Shown: positions 29,616 to 39,644 of the stretch, piece after piece
Numbering within the stretch: the stretch's first letter is position 1
Layout of the letters: each line of letters starts with the position of its first letter
Source: a virus
Taxonomy: Duplodnaviria; Caudoviricetes
Length of the DNA: 64,000 nucleotides
Direction: 5' to 3' (one strand)
IMG/VR virus record: IMGVR_UViG_3300046681_000151
Coordinates: 29,471-93,470 of that record
Position numbers and translations under genes: made by a program
Notes under the pieces: model-generated
The model's input: only the letters and a program-made list of their open reading frames with translations
Database searches by the model: none
Told to the model about the DNA's origin: nothing

Positions 29616-30444
29616 TACGCCCCCCTTCGGAACACGGAGACCTTCAGGCCGTCGGTTTTGCCGCCGTCTTCCTGGTGCGCCGCAACACGGCGCGCGCCCG
29701 CCAGACAGGCGTGGCATTTCGTGATCGACGCGTCGTAGGCGTACTCGTTGTCGGCATGCGTCGACTCGGCGAGCGAATGCCCACAGTCCCCGCATAGGCC
29801 CGACTCGGCTTCCATCAGGGCCATCGCCCACCAGCGGTCCTCCGGCAGCCACAACGGCTCACCCGGGGCGGGCTGCGGGCGGCCCAACAGGATGCTGCGC
29901 GGGATACTCCACGCCCGGGCCGCCTCGACTTCCCGCCGGTACGGGAACCGGTGATCCCGCAGGCGGGCTACGAGAAAGGGACGGGGCTGGGCTCCTCGTT
30001 CACCGCGAGCGCCGCGGCGAACAGGGTCCGCGCGGTGCCGTCGTTGACGACGTCCAGCAGTCGGTCCACCTGCGCCGCCGTGAGCGACGGCTCCACACAG
30101 CAGACTGCCAGGACTGCGGGCAGAAACGTCCCCGCGTCATACGGCTCCTTCGAGCCCTCCGGCGCCGGATGTGCGGCCAGTAGGTTGCTGTAGGCGCGAT
30201 GCCCGAGCGCCCGGAACCGGAACTCGACCGCAGCCTCCCGCGCCCGCTCGCGCGCCACCGTGAGGCGCTCCTGCAGCTCGTAGGCCGGATTCACTTCACC
30301 CAGCGACGTCGAATGCCACTCCCCCAGTTCACCCAACTCGGCTTCCAGCGCCTGAAGTTCGGCGCCCACGTCGCCCGCAAGGCACACCTGAATGGTGACC
30401 TCGCGCGGCGACGCCCCTGCCAAGAGCTCCGAGATGTCAGGCAT
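29615..30444 (-). CDS. Tail assembly chaperone G (29968-30444) and GT via -1 frameshift (to 29615)
   Basis: C CCT TTC slippery heptamer at 29980..29974 just before TAG; the -1 frame is open into 29615..29887. Confidence 0.8.
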
Positions 30445-30923
30445 CAGGCGACGATGGCCCTCGTCGCCGGGTCACTGGTGACCTTGAGCGGCGACATGAA
30501 CTTCGAGACCTCGTTGGCCGCCGGGGCGATGTTCTGCGCCTCGCCCGCGGTCACCGGGTACACCTCGACCTTGTCCGCGGAAGCGTAGGCGGTCGCGAAC
30601 GCGGAACCGCGGCGGACCACCAGATAGCCGGAGGTGTTGTACGTCAGCGTCGTGTACGGCTGGTCTTCGATCGTGGTCGAGCCGCGCTTGAAGGTGACCT
30701 CCACCGTGTAGGAGCGGCGGCCGGGCTGGTTGGTCGTGAACGTCGAGCCCAGCGACGACGTGTCAACGTCCGCGGTCGCCGGGTCGGCCTTCAGGCCGTC
30801 CGGGGTGATCCGCAGCGTCCAGTCGGATCCGCCGTTCAACTCCGTGGTCGTGGGCGCGTTGATGTTCGCGATGGAGCCCACCCAGCTCACCTTGGTGTTG
30901 CCATCGCTGATCAGGTCAGACAT
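30444..30923 (-). CDS. Major tail protein
   Basis: WVGSIANINAPTTTELNGG...GYLVVRRG...KVEVYPV actinophage MTP pattern. Confidence 0.85.
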   Translation of the reverse strand: MSDLISDGNTKVSWVGSIANINAPTTTELNGGSDWTLRITPDGLKADPATADVDTSSLGSTFTTNQPGRRSYTVEVTFKRGSTTIEDQPYTTLTYNTSGYLVVRRGSAFATAYASADKVEVYPVTAGEAQNIAPAANEVSKFMSPLKVTSDPATRAIVA

Positions 30924-30991
30924 GAACCCTCCTCAGGGCATGAAAAAAGCCCCGAGCGGGCGGGGCGGACGAAGACGGGGGTGGGTGAAGG

Positions 30992-31321
30992 TCAGATGCG
31001 CACGGCGGCGACAGTGACCGACGTCGTCGACGAATAGGCGACCGCGGCCAAGCCGTCCGAGACGCCGGCGAACAGATCCTTCGTGATGGGGCCGATCATC
31101 ATGTCGCCGGTGGTGGCCGGGACGGTGACGACGACGTCCGCTGCGGCCTGGCTGCGGACCTTCGCAGTCGAAGACAGGGTGACGGTCATCGAACTGCCCG
31201 CCGTGTTCTTGACGTGCAGGAACGTCCGCTCGTCACAGATGACTTTCGTCGAGGCGGCGGCGGCACCGTAAGTCACGCCGAGGCCTGCGAGGTTGATGAC
31301 CTGAGTGGTCAGGGTTGCCAT
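30992..31321 (-). CDS. Small structural protein
   Basis: Thr/Val beta-rich; between tail terminator and MTP. Confidence 0.65.
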   Translation of the reverse strand: MATLTTQVINLAGLGVTYGAAAASTKVICDERTFLHVKNTAGSSMTVTLSSTAKVRSQAAADVVVTVPATTGDMMIGPITKDLFAGVSDGLAAVAYSSTTSVTVAAVRI

Positions 31322-31333
31322 GGAGGAACTCCT

Positions 31334-31744
31334 CTACAGGGGGATTGAGCGAAGCCGGTACCGGCTGGGTGCGTAGTAGTTGGGCGGGACTACGTCGTCG
31401 TCGCGCTGTACCGGCTGCCCATCGAGGGACTCCGGTTTCCAGGACGTGCGCCCGGCGACCGTCAGGACGACGGACAACGCAGCAATGGCCCGGTCGGACA
31501 CCGACATGGCCTGCGCCGCCGTCAGGCCCACACACGTCAGCTGGACGACGGCAGAGAAGTCGGTCCGGTTGTCGCCGAGCGACGCGGTCATCGCACGGCC
31601 CGGCTCGGGGTAGAGGACGACATACGGGGTGCTGGCGGTCGGAGAAATGCCGGGGGGTGCCCCGCCGACGTAGACCACCAGGCCAGCCGTTTCCAGCGCG
31701 GCCGTCACCGCGTCGACGTGCGGCAGGACGGCAGGAGTCGTCAT
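31334..31744 (-). CDS. Tail terminator-like protein
   Basis: PYVVLYP...QLTCVG...QPVQRDDD; synteny. Confidence 0.75.
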   Translation of the reverse strand: MTTPAVLPHVDAVTAALETAGLVVYVGGAPPGISPTASTPYVVLYPEPGRAMTASLGDNRTDFSAVVQLTCVGLTAAQAMSVSDRAIAALSVVLTVAGRTSWKPESLDGQPVQRDDDVVPPNYYAPSRYRLRSIPL

Positions 31745-31757
31745 CGGCCGCCTCCCG

Positions 31758-32165
31758 TCACGTGGCAGCCTCGACAGTGATCCGCCAGGCCGTCGCGGTA
31801 CTGCTGAAGTCCACAGCCATCACCGCGAACACCTGATCCACAAGCCGCGTATCACCAGACGCAGTGATCGTCACCGTGTCGCCGGTCTGCAAGTCGTCGG
31901 CGGCCAGGGAGGCGAACGGCAGAGCCACCTCATAGCGGGCCACCACCGTCAGCCGCTCCCCCGCCTCCTCGTTGCGAGGAACCCGCTGCGGCTTCAACCG
32001 GCAGGCACCCGAGTACAGGACCGTCGGTGTGCCCGGCGTGAGAACACTCGTGGTGCGGTTGAGCGTCGGCGCCCCGGGCCGGCTGATGGTGCACGAGTCC
32101 ACCAGCAACTGGTTGTGCGCGTTGCGCCCCGCGGCGAGCAGCGGCTGGATGTCGATCGCCGTCAT
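31758..32165 (-). CDS. Head-tail joining / stopper protein (DUF6093-like)
   Basis: LVDSCTISRPG...LYSGACRL...ATAWRI. Confidence 0.75.
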   Translation of the reverse strand: MTAIDIQPLLAAGRNAHNQLLVDSCTISRPGAPTLNRTTSVLTPGTPTVLYSGACRLKPQRVPRNEEAGERLTVVARYEVALPFASLAADDLQTGDTVTITASGDTRLVDQVFAVMAVDFSSTATAWRITVEAAT

Positions 32166-32794
32166 CACGTCACCGGCGCCACAGAGAACGAGCCGCCGCG
32201 GTACTCCCGCAGCGCCTGCTTGTGCTCCGCGGTCAGCAGCGCGCCGCCGATGGTCTCGGAGGCGAACACGCGCTGGTAGTCGTCGATCGACTCGGATCGC
32301 AGGCCCTGCGGGTTGGTCATGTTCATCTGCGCCAGGTCGAGCACGACATCGACGACGTCGTCCGGGACCTCGCCGTCGCCGTGGCTGTGGGTGACCCGGA
32401 CGCGTTGTGCCCAGATCCCCATGGGCCGCATGAACGGCCAGCCCATCAGTCGGGTTGGCGCCCACCACTGTTCGCCACGGGTCAGCTCGCTGCCGATGCG
32501 CGTGAAGTCCCGACCCTCCAGGGCCGTGTACTCCTGGTTGGAGATCCCGAACAGCTCGACCACCGTCAGCGGATGCGTGTCATCGACGACCAGAGGCCGC
32601 TGCGGAATCCGCAACACCCGCCCGCCACCCGGCAGCGTGACCGTTTGGTTCTCAACGAGCGTGAAGTCCTGGCGGCAGTACTTCCGCACCCGCGCCGACG
32701 CGCGACGCAGAGCCATCGCCGCCTGCGCCGGATCCAGCGTCCGCTGCAACGCGGCCTCCAGGTCCGCCTGTGTGGCGAGAGGAGTCGGGGACAT
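32165..32794 (-). CDS. Head-to-tail adaptor
   Basis: LATQADLEA...NPQGLRSESIDDY. Confidence 0.8.
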   Translation of the reverse strand: MSPTPLATQADLEAALQRTLDPAQAAMALRRASARVRKYCRQDFTLVENQTVTLPGGGRVLRIPQRPLVVDDTHPLTVVELFGISNQEYTALEGRDFTRIGSELTRGEQWWAPTRLMGWPFMRPMGIWAQRVRVTHSHGDGEVPDDVVDVVLDLAQMNMTNPQGLRSESIDDYQRVFASETIGGALLTAEHKQALREYRGGSFSVAPVT

Positions 32795-32806
32795 GACGGG
32801 CCCCCT

Positions 32807-33175
32807 CTACTCCTCGGTGTCGGCCATCGCCGTCAGCCGCTTCACCACGGTGCTGCGCGGCTTGTCCTTCGCCTGCTCGGCCGCCAGTGCCGCAGCGGCG
32901 CGCTCACGGTCGTCGTTCACCCATGCCATGAGGTCGTCGATGGTGCCGTCCACCGGCGGCTCGTTGCCGCCCGGGTTCGGCGCCTCGGGGGCCTCGGGGG
33001 GCGTCTCCGGCTCCGGCTTGGGATCCGGGTCTGCTTCGGTGACCTTCACAGCCCCCTCCGGGGCATTCGCAGCGAGATGGCGGGCCAGTTCGCCCTCCAG
33101 CTCGTTGCCCTCGCCGAACTCGCGGACCTCGTAGTTCCAGTACGACCGCGTCGGCTGCAGTACGCGCACGCGCAT
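32807..33175 (-). CDS. Head-associated hypothetical protein
   Basis: GTIDDLMAWV...AEQAKDKPRSTVV; directly after capsid. Confidence 0.7.
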   Translation of the reverse strand: MRVRVLQPTRSYWNYEVREFGEGNELEGELARHLAANAPEGAVKVTEADPDPKPEPETPPEAPEAPNPGGNEPPVDGTIDDLMAWVNDDRERAAAALAAEQAKDKPRSTVVKRLTAMADTEE

Positions 33176-33247
33176 GCTGCTCTCCTTCCTTCCTGAAGGC
33201 CCTCCGGCGTGGACGGACAGGGTTGCCCACGCCGGAGGGAGACGGGG

Positions 33248-34579
33248 TCAGGCGTGCTCGATGACGACGCCACGCTTGTACAGCGCCGCGTCGCCCGTGC
33301 CTGCATCCGACGGAACGCCGTAGTCGCCCACCCACGACCAGGTCGAGGCGATGACCTGCTGCAGCCGGTCCTGCGCCGGACGCACCAGCAGGGTGACGTC
33401 CACTCCGGGCGCGGCGTTGATGGTGCGGATCTCCGGCACGTCCTCGACGCCGGTACCGGCGAGGAGAGTGTTGGTGCCCTCGAACGGCGCCGACATCAGC
33501 GCGTTCGCGCCCAGCACGATCGGCCGGTGCACCGTCAGGGTGCCCGCAGCGCCGCCGTTGGTGATGGTCGGCGCCTCCAGGTTGCGCACCCAGTCGATAC
33601 CCGCGAACCGGCCGATGGACAGCTCCGTGTAGATCGGCGAGTCCACGCGGCCCTGAAGGGCCTGCTTGAAGTCGGCGTCCGCGAACAGCTGCGCCTCGGT
33701 GTCGGGGTCGATGTGGGCGACGTAGTAGCCGCCCACCGTCGGCACCGCCATCTTCCGCAGACGCGCCACCGCAGCCCGGAAGTTCGCGAACGTCACGACG
33801 TTCGACGACGACAGATCGAAGGGCGAGTTGCCGGTTGCGCGGACCGACACCGGGGCGTTCGCCGCGATCACGTAGTCGCCGGCGACGTCGACGCGGGCGG
33901 TGCCCAGCGTCAGCGTGCTGGTGCCGGTGTTGACGCCGGTCACCGTGTTCGCGACGCCCGCGATCGACACGGTCAGCGGGTTCGACGCGCTCACGGCGGT
34001 CGGGACGCCGTTGACCATGACGGTGGTGAAGCCGTCCGTCGAGTTGACGATCATCGACGTGTCCGAGGAACCGGCCGTGGTCACCCAGGTCCGGCCGCCC
34101 GCATACGCCTTGTACAGCTTGTTGCGGGCCACCTGGTTGACGGTCTGCCCGGCGTTGATGCCCAGGTTCTCGACGTCCGCCAGGAATTTGCTCGCCAGCG
34201 CCATCGCCGACCCGAGCATGTTGGTGTCCATCGAGTTCGCGTACTGGTCCATCGTCACGGACCACTGCTCGATTGAGTAGGTCGCCGCCGACGGGTCCGA
34301 ACCCGTCACCGGAGTCGTCACCGGGGCGAGCAGGCCCTTACGAGTGAACGTCTTCGTGTCGCCCAGGCCGCCCATCCACGGCTCGGCGTCCGCGATCTGA
34401 GGGAACAGGAAGTTCGGCACCAGCGCGTCCCGGAAGACGCGGTCCAGGATGCCGTTCTGCAGCATCGCCTGAATGCCGGCGGGCAGGGACGGCCGGACAC
34501 CGGCGTGCCGGTCCAGCTTGAACCACGGCCGCGGGGCGCGGTGAAGCCGCGGGCGAACCGCGGACATGGTGGGGGTCAT
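33248..34579 (-). CDS. Major capsid protein
   Basis: About 443 aa after scaffold; YYVAHIDP, DRLQQVIASTW; likely inserted domain. Confidence 0.85.
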   Translation of the reverse strand: MTPTMSAVRPRLHRAPRPWFKLDRHAGVRPSLPAGIQAMLQNGILDRVFRDALVPNFLFPQIADAEPWMGGLGDTKTFTRKGLLAPVTTPVTGSDPSAATYSIEQWSVTMDQYANSMDTNMLGSAMALASKFLADVENLGINAGQTVNQVARNKLYKAYAGGRTWVTTAGSSDTSMIVNSTDGFTTVMVNGVPTAVSASNPLTVSIAGVANTVTGVNTGTSTLTLGTARVDVAGDYVIAANAPVSVRATGNSPFDLSSSNVVTFANFRAAVARLRKMAVPTVGGYYVAHIDPDTEAQLFADADFKQALQGRVDSPIYTELSIGRFAGIDWVRNLEAPTITNGGAAGTLTVHRPIVLGANALMSAPFEGTNTLLAGTGVEDVPEIRTINAAPGVDVTLLVRPAQDRLQQVIASTWSWVGDYGVPSDAGTGDAALYKRGVVIEHA

Positions 34580-34581
34580 TC

Positions 34582-34773
34582 TCACTCCTCAGTGATGATC
34601 TCTATGGACACTTGGTCCGGGTACTGCTGGGCGTACTGATCCAGGCCCAGCAGTGCGGTTTGGGTGATGGCCGTCACGGCGGCGCAGACGCGACCCCCAG
34701 CAGCAGGCTCGTCGTGACCGGACACCTCAATCGAGGTGCGTCCGCCGCCCAACCGGGCCCGGACCGTGATCAC
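34582..34773 (-). CDS. prp: Prp-like (ribosomal L27-processing, DUF464) cysteine protease, minimal form
   Basis: IEVSGH...VCAAVT His/Cys dyad and LLGL...QQYPDQV C-terminus. Confidence 0.8.
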   Translation of the reverse strand: MITVRARLGGGRTSIEVSGHDEPAAGGRVCAAVTAITQTALLGLDQYAQQYPDQVSIEIITEE

Positions 34774-35504
34774 ACGCGCTGCCGGTAGCCGTACTTGGCG
34801 AGCTCCGCGGCCACATCGCCCTTCGGGGCGGTCCGGTAATCCACGGGAGCGGGAGCGCCCCGCGAACCCTGGCCGGGATCGGGCTTCGGCTTCGTCTTCG
34901 GCTCGGCCGCTGGGGCGACCGGCTCGGGCTTGGCCCAGTGCGGCTTCCGCGCCAGCAGATCCGTCAGAGCCGTCTCAATGGCGTCCGTGTCGATCTCGCC
35001 GTCCGCGTCGACGTACTGGCTGGGGTCACGCATCAGCACATCCACGGCGTCGCCCGGGTCAGCGAACTCGCCGGCCGCGGCCCGCACTTCGGCCGCCACC
35101 GCTCGCGCGGTCGCCTTGGCCTCCCGCTGGGCAGACCGTTCGACCTTCGCCGCGAGTTTCTCCGCCTCAGACTTCTGCGCGTCCTCGAACTCCTGCACCT
35201 TGCGTGCAAGGTCGTCGGCACGCTTCTTCTCGGCGGCGGCAGTCTTCTTGGCGGCGGCACGCTCGGCCTTCATCCGGTCGAGGGCCTTCTTGCCCTCATC
35301 GCCGAGCTTGTCGGCGCCTTCCGGCTCCGGATCGGGCTCGGGGTCCGCCGGATCGGGCTCAGGGTCGGGATCCGGATCTGCCGGATCGGCTGCCGGGTCC
35401 GGAGCGGGCTCCGGGTCGGCGGGGTCGGGGTCTTCGTGACGGTTGAGCCGGAACCAACCCGCGCTCTGAGCAGCGGGCAGCCAGCGGGTACGAGTCGTAC
35501 TCAT
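34770..35504 (-). CDS. Capsid scaffolding protein
   Basis: DP/EP-rich linker, LGDEGKKALDRMKAER, FADPGDA, KPHWAK, PDPGQG. Confidence 0.85.
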   Translation of the reverse strand: MSTTRTRWLPAAQSAGWFRLNRHEDPDPADPEPAPDPAADPADPDPDPEPDPADPEPDPEPEGADKLGDEGKKALDRMKAERAAAKKTAAAEKKRADDLARKVQEFEDAQKSEAEKLAAKVERSAQREAKATARAVAAEVRAAAGEFADPGDAVDVLMRDPSQYVDADGEIDTDAIETALTDLLARKPHWAKPEPVAPAAEPKTKPKPDPGQGSRGAPAPVDYRTAPKGDVAAELAKYGYRQRV

Positions 35505-35583
35505 GGATGGAACTCCCATTGCGGGATCAGAGACCGCGCCTTGCGCGCGGCCAAACTTGGGTCGGGTAGAGCCGGCCTGCGCG

Positions 35584-36621
35584 CTAGCCGAGGTAGCCGA
35601 AGCGCTTCAGAAGCCTGATCAGCTCGTCGCGGTCGTCCGAAAGGCGCAGGATTTCGCCCGGCGTCAGCCGCGGCGTCCGCAGGTGGAACCGGGGCAGGCC
35701 GCGTTCCAGGTCGTAGCCATTCCGGGCGAACCGCTGCCCGGTGCGCTGCTCGGCCTCACGCAGCATCTGCTGGTAGAACGCTCCACGCTTCGTCGTGCCT
35801 TCGAGGGTCGCCACGACCTTCTTGCCGTAGGCGTCCAACGTGATCGTCGACCTGCCCGCATTGACCACCGAGTAGATGTCCGCGCCGCTGCGGATCGCCG
35901 CCGCGCCGCCGATCGTGAACCGGCGATCCTGCTCCGCGCGCGACAGGCCCTGGAAGAACGACATCGGGTTCGTGTGGCGACCAGGGCGGGCGTCGGTCGC
36001 GGGAACCCCATAGCACTGGCAGCGACGATGTCTTTCGAAGTCGGCGTTCCACCGGTACCAGCGGCCGGCGAGGATCGCGCACCGCGCACAGGCCCCCGAC
36101 CGAACAGTCCGCACGTAGCCCGTCACCGACCGGTTCGCGATCATCGACACGCTGGCCGCGCCCCGGCCCGCATCCGCGACCTCTGAAGCGGCCATCTGCA
36201 GGAGCTGGGCCCGGCCGCCGAGCATCGCCTCCTGCAACGTCAGCCCGTTACCGATCAGCGTCTTCGTGCGAATCACCGGCAGATACAGCAGGCTGTCCAA
36301 CGCCCGGCCATCCGACGCGGCCCCTGAGAACGAACGGGTGTCGACGTGCGACGCCTGCTCCATGTAGTTGTTGCCCAGCCCATCCCCGCGGACCATCGCC
36401 TCGATGTACTTCTGGCCCGTCGACGCCGCCACCAACTGGCCGGCCGACACGGCGCGCACCATTGCCGCACCCAGGCCGCTCAGCCACGACCGCGAGAGAT
36501 CTGTGGCCGCAAGCTCCTCCCACAGCCGCTGCAGCGTCACCGTCGTCTGGATGACCGCCCGCTGCTGAGCGCGGCCGTAGGCGTCAACAACGTCCTGATG
36601 CGCCTGCGTCTCAACGGCCAC
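35584..36621 (-). CDS. MuF-like minor head / capsid maturation protein
   Basis: ACARCAILAGRWY...FERHRRCQC motif; after portal. Confidence 0.75.
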   Translation of the reverse strand: MAVETQAHQDVVDAYGRAQQRAVIQTTVTLQRLWEELAATDLSRSWLSGLGAAMVRAVSAGQLVAASTGQKYIEAMVRGDGLGNNYMEQASHVDTRSFSGAASDGRALDSLLYLPVIRTKTLIGNGLTLQEAMLGGRAQLLQMAASEVADAGRGAASVSMIANRSVTGYVRTVRSGACARCAILAGRWYRWNADFERHRRCQCYGVPATDARPGRHTNPMSFFQGLSRAEQDRRFTIGGAAAIRSGADIYSVVNAGRSTITLDAYGKKVVATLEGTTKRGAFYQQMLREAEQRTGQRFARNGYDLERGLPRFHLRTPRLTPGEILRLSDDRDELIRLLKRFGYLG

Positions 36622-36623
36622 GA

Positions 36624-38009
36624 TCAGCCGCCGATGGAAGGCGCCTCAGCGGGCACCGGCTCATGGGCCGTCGACAGCTGGTGCAGATCCATGGCCGTCA
36701 TCCGGGTCAGGGCATCGTCCTGCATGCCCCGCATCCGGGCCCGCTGCACTGCGCTGTAGCCCAAGTCCTCCCACGCCTGCTCGGTCGGCAGAATGCCGGA
36801 GGCGTGCAGCTTGACGACCGCGTCCGCCTTCTGCGCGAACGTTGGCGTCGACGGATCCCGCCACACCGTTTCGAGCTTGCGGGTCCGCGGATCCAACTCG
36901 CCGTCCCGCACCAGAAGAACGAGGCGCATGACCCGCTCCCAGGCCTCGCCGAACGCCCGCTGGCGGCGCTCCGCGCGCTTCACCAGGCGGGCCTCCGACG
37001 CGCGGATCGCATCCGCAGACGGAGGCTGATCCGTTGCCAGACCGAGGAATGCGGGAGGCAGGCCCGTGATTGCGGCCACCAGGCGGGCGAGAACGTTGAT
37101 CGTTTCGTGGAAGTTGGAGAGCTGGGCCTCCTGGAACTGCCCGAACTTCACCTCGTTGCTCTCGTTCGTCCACATGCGGCCTGCCAGCGCCGACATCGCG
37201 CCCAGCGGTTGCCCGTTCTCGTCGGCGAAGTCGTCACGCGACATGCCCGTCGCCCACCGGCGCGGCATCGCGTGATACTCCGCGCTGACCATCATGTCCG
37301 AGGCGATCTTGCAGGCCGCGTCCGAGATCGGGATGACCGAGCGGAGTTCGGACGTGCCGTCCAGGTGCCGCAGTCGCGGCCGGTTCGCCAACGGAACAAC
37401 CAGCACCTCGCCGAGGTTGTGCTCATCCCGGTCGACCTCGACCCAAGCACCCTTCTGCTGCTCGAACGTCATCCGCGCATTCGGCAGATACAACGTCGCC
37501 CACTTCACCGGCGCCGAGCCGACGGCTGCCGGCTCATCCCAGCGCTTCACCGCCGCCACCACTTGGCGAGTCCGCGGATCCCTCTCCGCGAACACCTCCA
37601 GCGCCGACTCCGCGGTCACGATCGGGGCCGACTCGTCGTCCTCATTCGCGCCGATGATCACGTAGGAGCGTTTCAGGGCCAGAGCATCCACGTGGGCCTG
37701 CTGCGAGCCCTCATCCATATCGGAGGCCTGCCACACGTCCCACAGATCCGCCGCGGTCGTCTCGGAGTCCGCGTACCGGAAGCCCTCAACGTCCAGGCGC
37801 TCATCCAGAGCGTCCACCACCAACTGCGGCCAGTTGATGACCAGCTGCCGCATCCGGTCCGAGAGTTCCGACTGAATCTCCGGAGCCAGATACGACAGAG
37901 GCTGCGTGCCCTCGTAGTACGAATCCATCAACCTGAGCTGCGGCAGATCGCCGTCATGGCAGTGGATCAGCCGCTTCAACCAGGCATCCGGATCCAGATC
38001 GAGGGCCAT
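36624..38009 (-). CDS. Portal protein (SPP1 gp6-like)
   Basis: YYEGTQPL, NWPQLVVDALDERL, PPSADAIRASEARL. Confidence 0.92.
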   Translation of the reverse strand: MALDLDPDAWLKRLIHCHDGDLPQLRLMDSYYEGTQPLSYLAPEIQSELSDRMRQLVINWPQLVVDALDERLDVEGFRYADSETTAADLWDVWQASDMDEGSQQAHVDALALKRSYVIIGANEDDESAPIVTAESALEVFAERDPRTRQVVAAVKRWDEPAAVGSAPVKWATLYLPNARMTFEQQKGAWVEVDRDEHNLGEVLVVPLANRPRLRHLDGTSELRSVIPISDAACKIASDMMVSAEYHAMPRRWATGMSRDDFADENGQPLGAMSALAGRMWTNESNEVKFGQFQEAQLSNFHETINVLARLVAAITGLPPAFLGLATDQPPSADAIRASEARLVKRAERRQRAFGEAWERVMRLVLLVRDGELDPRTRKLETVWRDPSTPTFAQKADAVVKLHASGILPTEQAWEDLGYSAVQRARMRGMQDDALTRMTAMDLHQLSTAHEPVPAEAPSIGG

Positions 38010-38024
38010 AGGTCACCCCCGTCA

Positions 38025-39644
38025 TCAGCGCATCACAGTTGTCTTCCGGGAGCGCGGCGGCTCGTTGCCGCCCGCCTTGATTGCGTCCCGCCTGGCCTCC
38101 CAGGACAGGCAGCCCGCCATCGCGAGGTCGATCTTTCGAGGCGAGTCGTGGCGATCCTTCTGGATCACCCACATCGGCTTGCCCTCGTCGTCCTTCACGC
38201 CCGCGTTCCGCTTCACCGCCTGAGCGATGTGCCGGGCGAAGGCGTCACTGCCGTCGTGCGACAACTCGCCACCCGTCATGGCCGTCTTGTACGCGCGCAG
38301 AGCGAACGCCATCTGCCGGCGCCGGTGCGTCCACCACTCGGTGACCACCTTCGGGCCGTACTTGCCGGCCCAGCCCGCGATCGTCTCCTCGTAGTACGCC
38401 GGGTCCGCGTACAGGCGCACGACCCGCCACGTGTTCATCGCGTCATCCAGGACGGCATTGACCTCGACCTCAGGGACTTCCCACGACTCGGCTTCCTGCT
38501 TGTTCGCCGGCGACTCCCATACCCCGAGCACCCATTGGTGGCCCGTATCCAGATGGGTTGCCACAAAGCCCGTTGAGTCGCTCCACTTCGAGCCGTCGAA
38601 GCCGATCGAGATCGCTTCCTTCGCCGGAACGATGAAGCGCGAGTCCGCCAACTCCCGCCAGCGGCCCGGGTCGAAGGCCTTCGCCGAGGCAGTACCAGGC
38701 TGGTTGAGGAAGTAGCGCCGGGCGTCCGCCGGATCAGTGTCCGGCTCGCGCATGTCGCTGGCGATCCGCTCCAGATCCATCCACTTCGCCGCGTCGCCGT
38801 ACACGAACTCCAGCGCGGGCATCAGCTGGTCGTCGTCGTGCAGATCCTCGACATGCGGCGCCTCGCGGTGATCGAAGAGCAGGCCGCCGTCGCGCACCCG
38901 GCCCGAGACGACCGCCTTGTGATACTCGTGCGTCGCCTCAGCTACCGAGTTCTCGCCGACCGCATACATCGTCGACGTCTCCAGCGACCACGGCTCGGCC
39001 CTGCGCCGCTTCACCAGGTTGCGGCGCACCGTCTTGTGCATCGCCCGCAACTCGGGATGGACGTAGAGGTGGATCTCATCGAAGACGGCAAACGTCTCCT
39101 TGCCACCGTCCTTAGCCGCACCCGACGATGTCGACGGCACGATCTCGCCGCCGCCCTCGATGAAGATGCGGCTCGACGTCTGCGCCGAACGGCCCAAGTC
39201 GATGCCCGGGAACTCGTCGCCGAAGTTCTCGACGAGGTGCTCCAGCATCGCGGTGACGTTGTCGTAGGTGTTGCCCGCCTGGTTCTCTTCCGTCGCGAGG
39301 CAGCGGATGAACGGGTACACCTGTGCGCGGCCTACCGGGTCGCTCTCGGCATCCCAGCCGTCGAAACGGCATGGGCCCAGGGCCTCGAAGCACACCAGTG
39401 CGCCGGCGAGTTCGCTCTTGGCCCGCCCCTTCGGCCGGGACAGGAACGCACGGTTGACCTTGCGGCGGCCCGTCACCGGGTCGAGCTGGTAGGCCTTGGC
39501 GATGAAGGCGGCCATCTCGTCGTCGATGAGCAACGGCTCGCCCTGTACGTCGCCGGGCCCGTGGCAGAGGTAGTGCTCGATCCAGTCGATGGCCTCGAAG
39601 CCGAGCGAGGTGAAGCGGTCCGGGTCAGCTATCCGCCTGGCCAT
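38025..39644 (-). CDS. terL: Terminase large subunit
   Basis: SRPKGRAKSE Walker A, AVFDEIH Walker B, GFDGS nuclease, KIDLA. Confidence 0.95.
   Translation of the reverse strand: MARRIADPDRFTSLGFEAIDWIEHYLCHGPGDVQGEPLLIDDEMAAFIAKAYQLDPVTGRRKVNRAFLSRPKGRAKSELAGALVCFEALGPCRFDGWDAESDPVGRAQVYPFIRCLATEENQAGNTYDNVTAMLEHLVENFGDEFPGIDLGRSAQTSSRIFIEGGGEIVPSTSSGAAKDGGKETFAVFDEIHLYVHPELRAMHKTVRRNLVKRRRAEPWSLETSTMYAVGENSVAEATHEYHKAVVSGRVRDGGLLFDHREAPHVEDLHDDDQLMPALEFVYGDAAKWMDLERIASDMREPDTDPADARRYFLNQPGTASAKAFDPGRWRELADSRFIVPAKEAISIGFDGSKWSDSTGFVATHLDTGHQWVLGVWESPANKQEAESWEVPEVEVNAVLDDAMNTWRVVRLYADPAYYEETIAGWAGKYGPKVVTEWWTHRRRQMAFALRAYKTAMTGGELSHDGSDAFARHIAQAVKRNAGVKDDEGKPMWVIQKDRHDSPRKIDLAMAGCLSWEARRDAIKAGGNEPPRSRKTTVMR

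Noticed and set aside
35340-35435. Short tandem DNA repeats in the scaffold gene
   Set aside because: Explained by the DP/EP low-complexity linker
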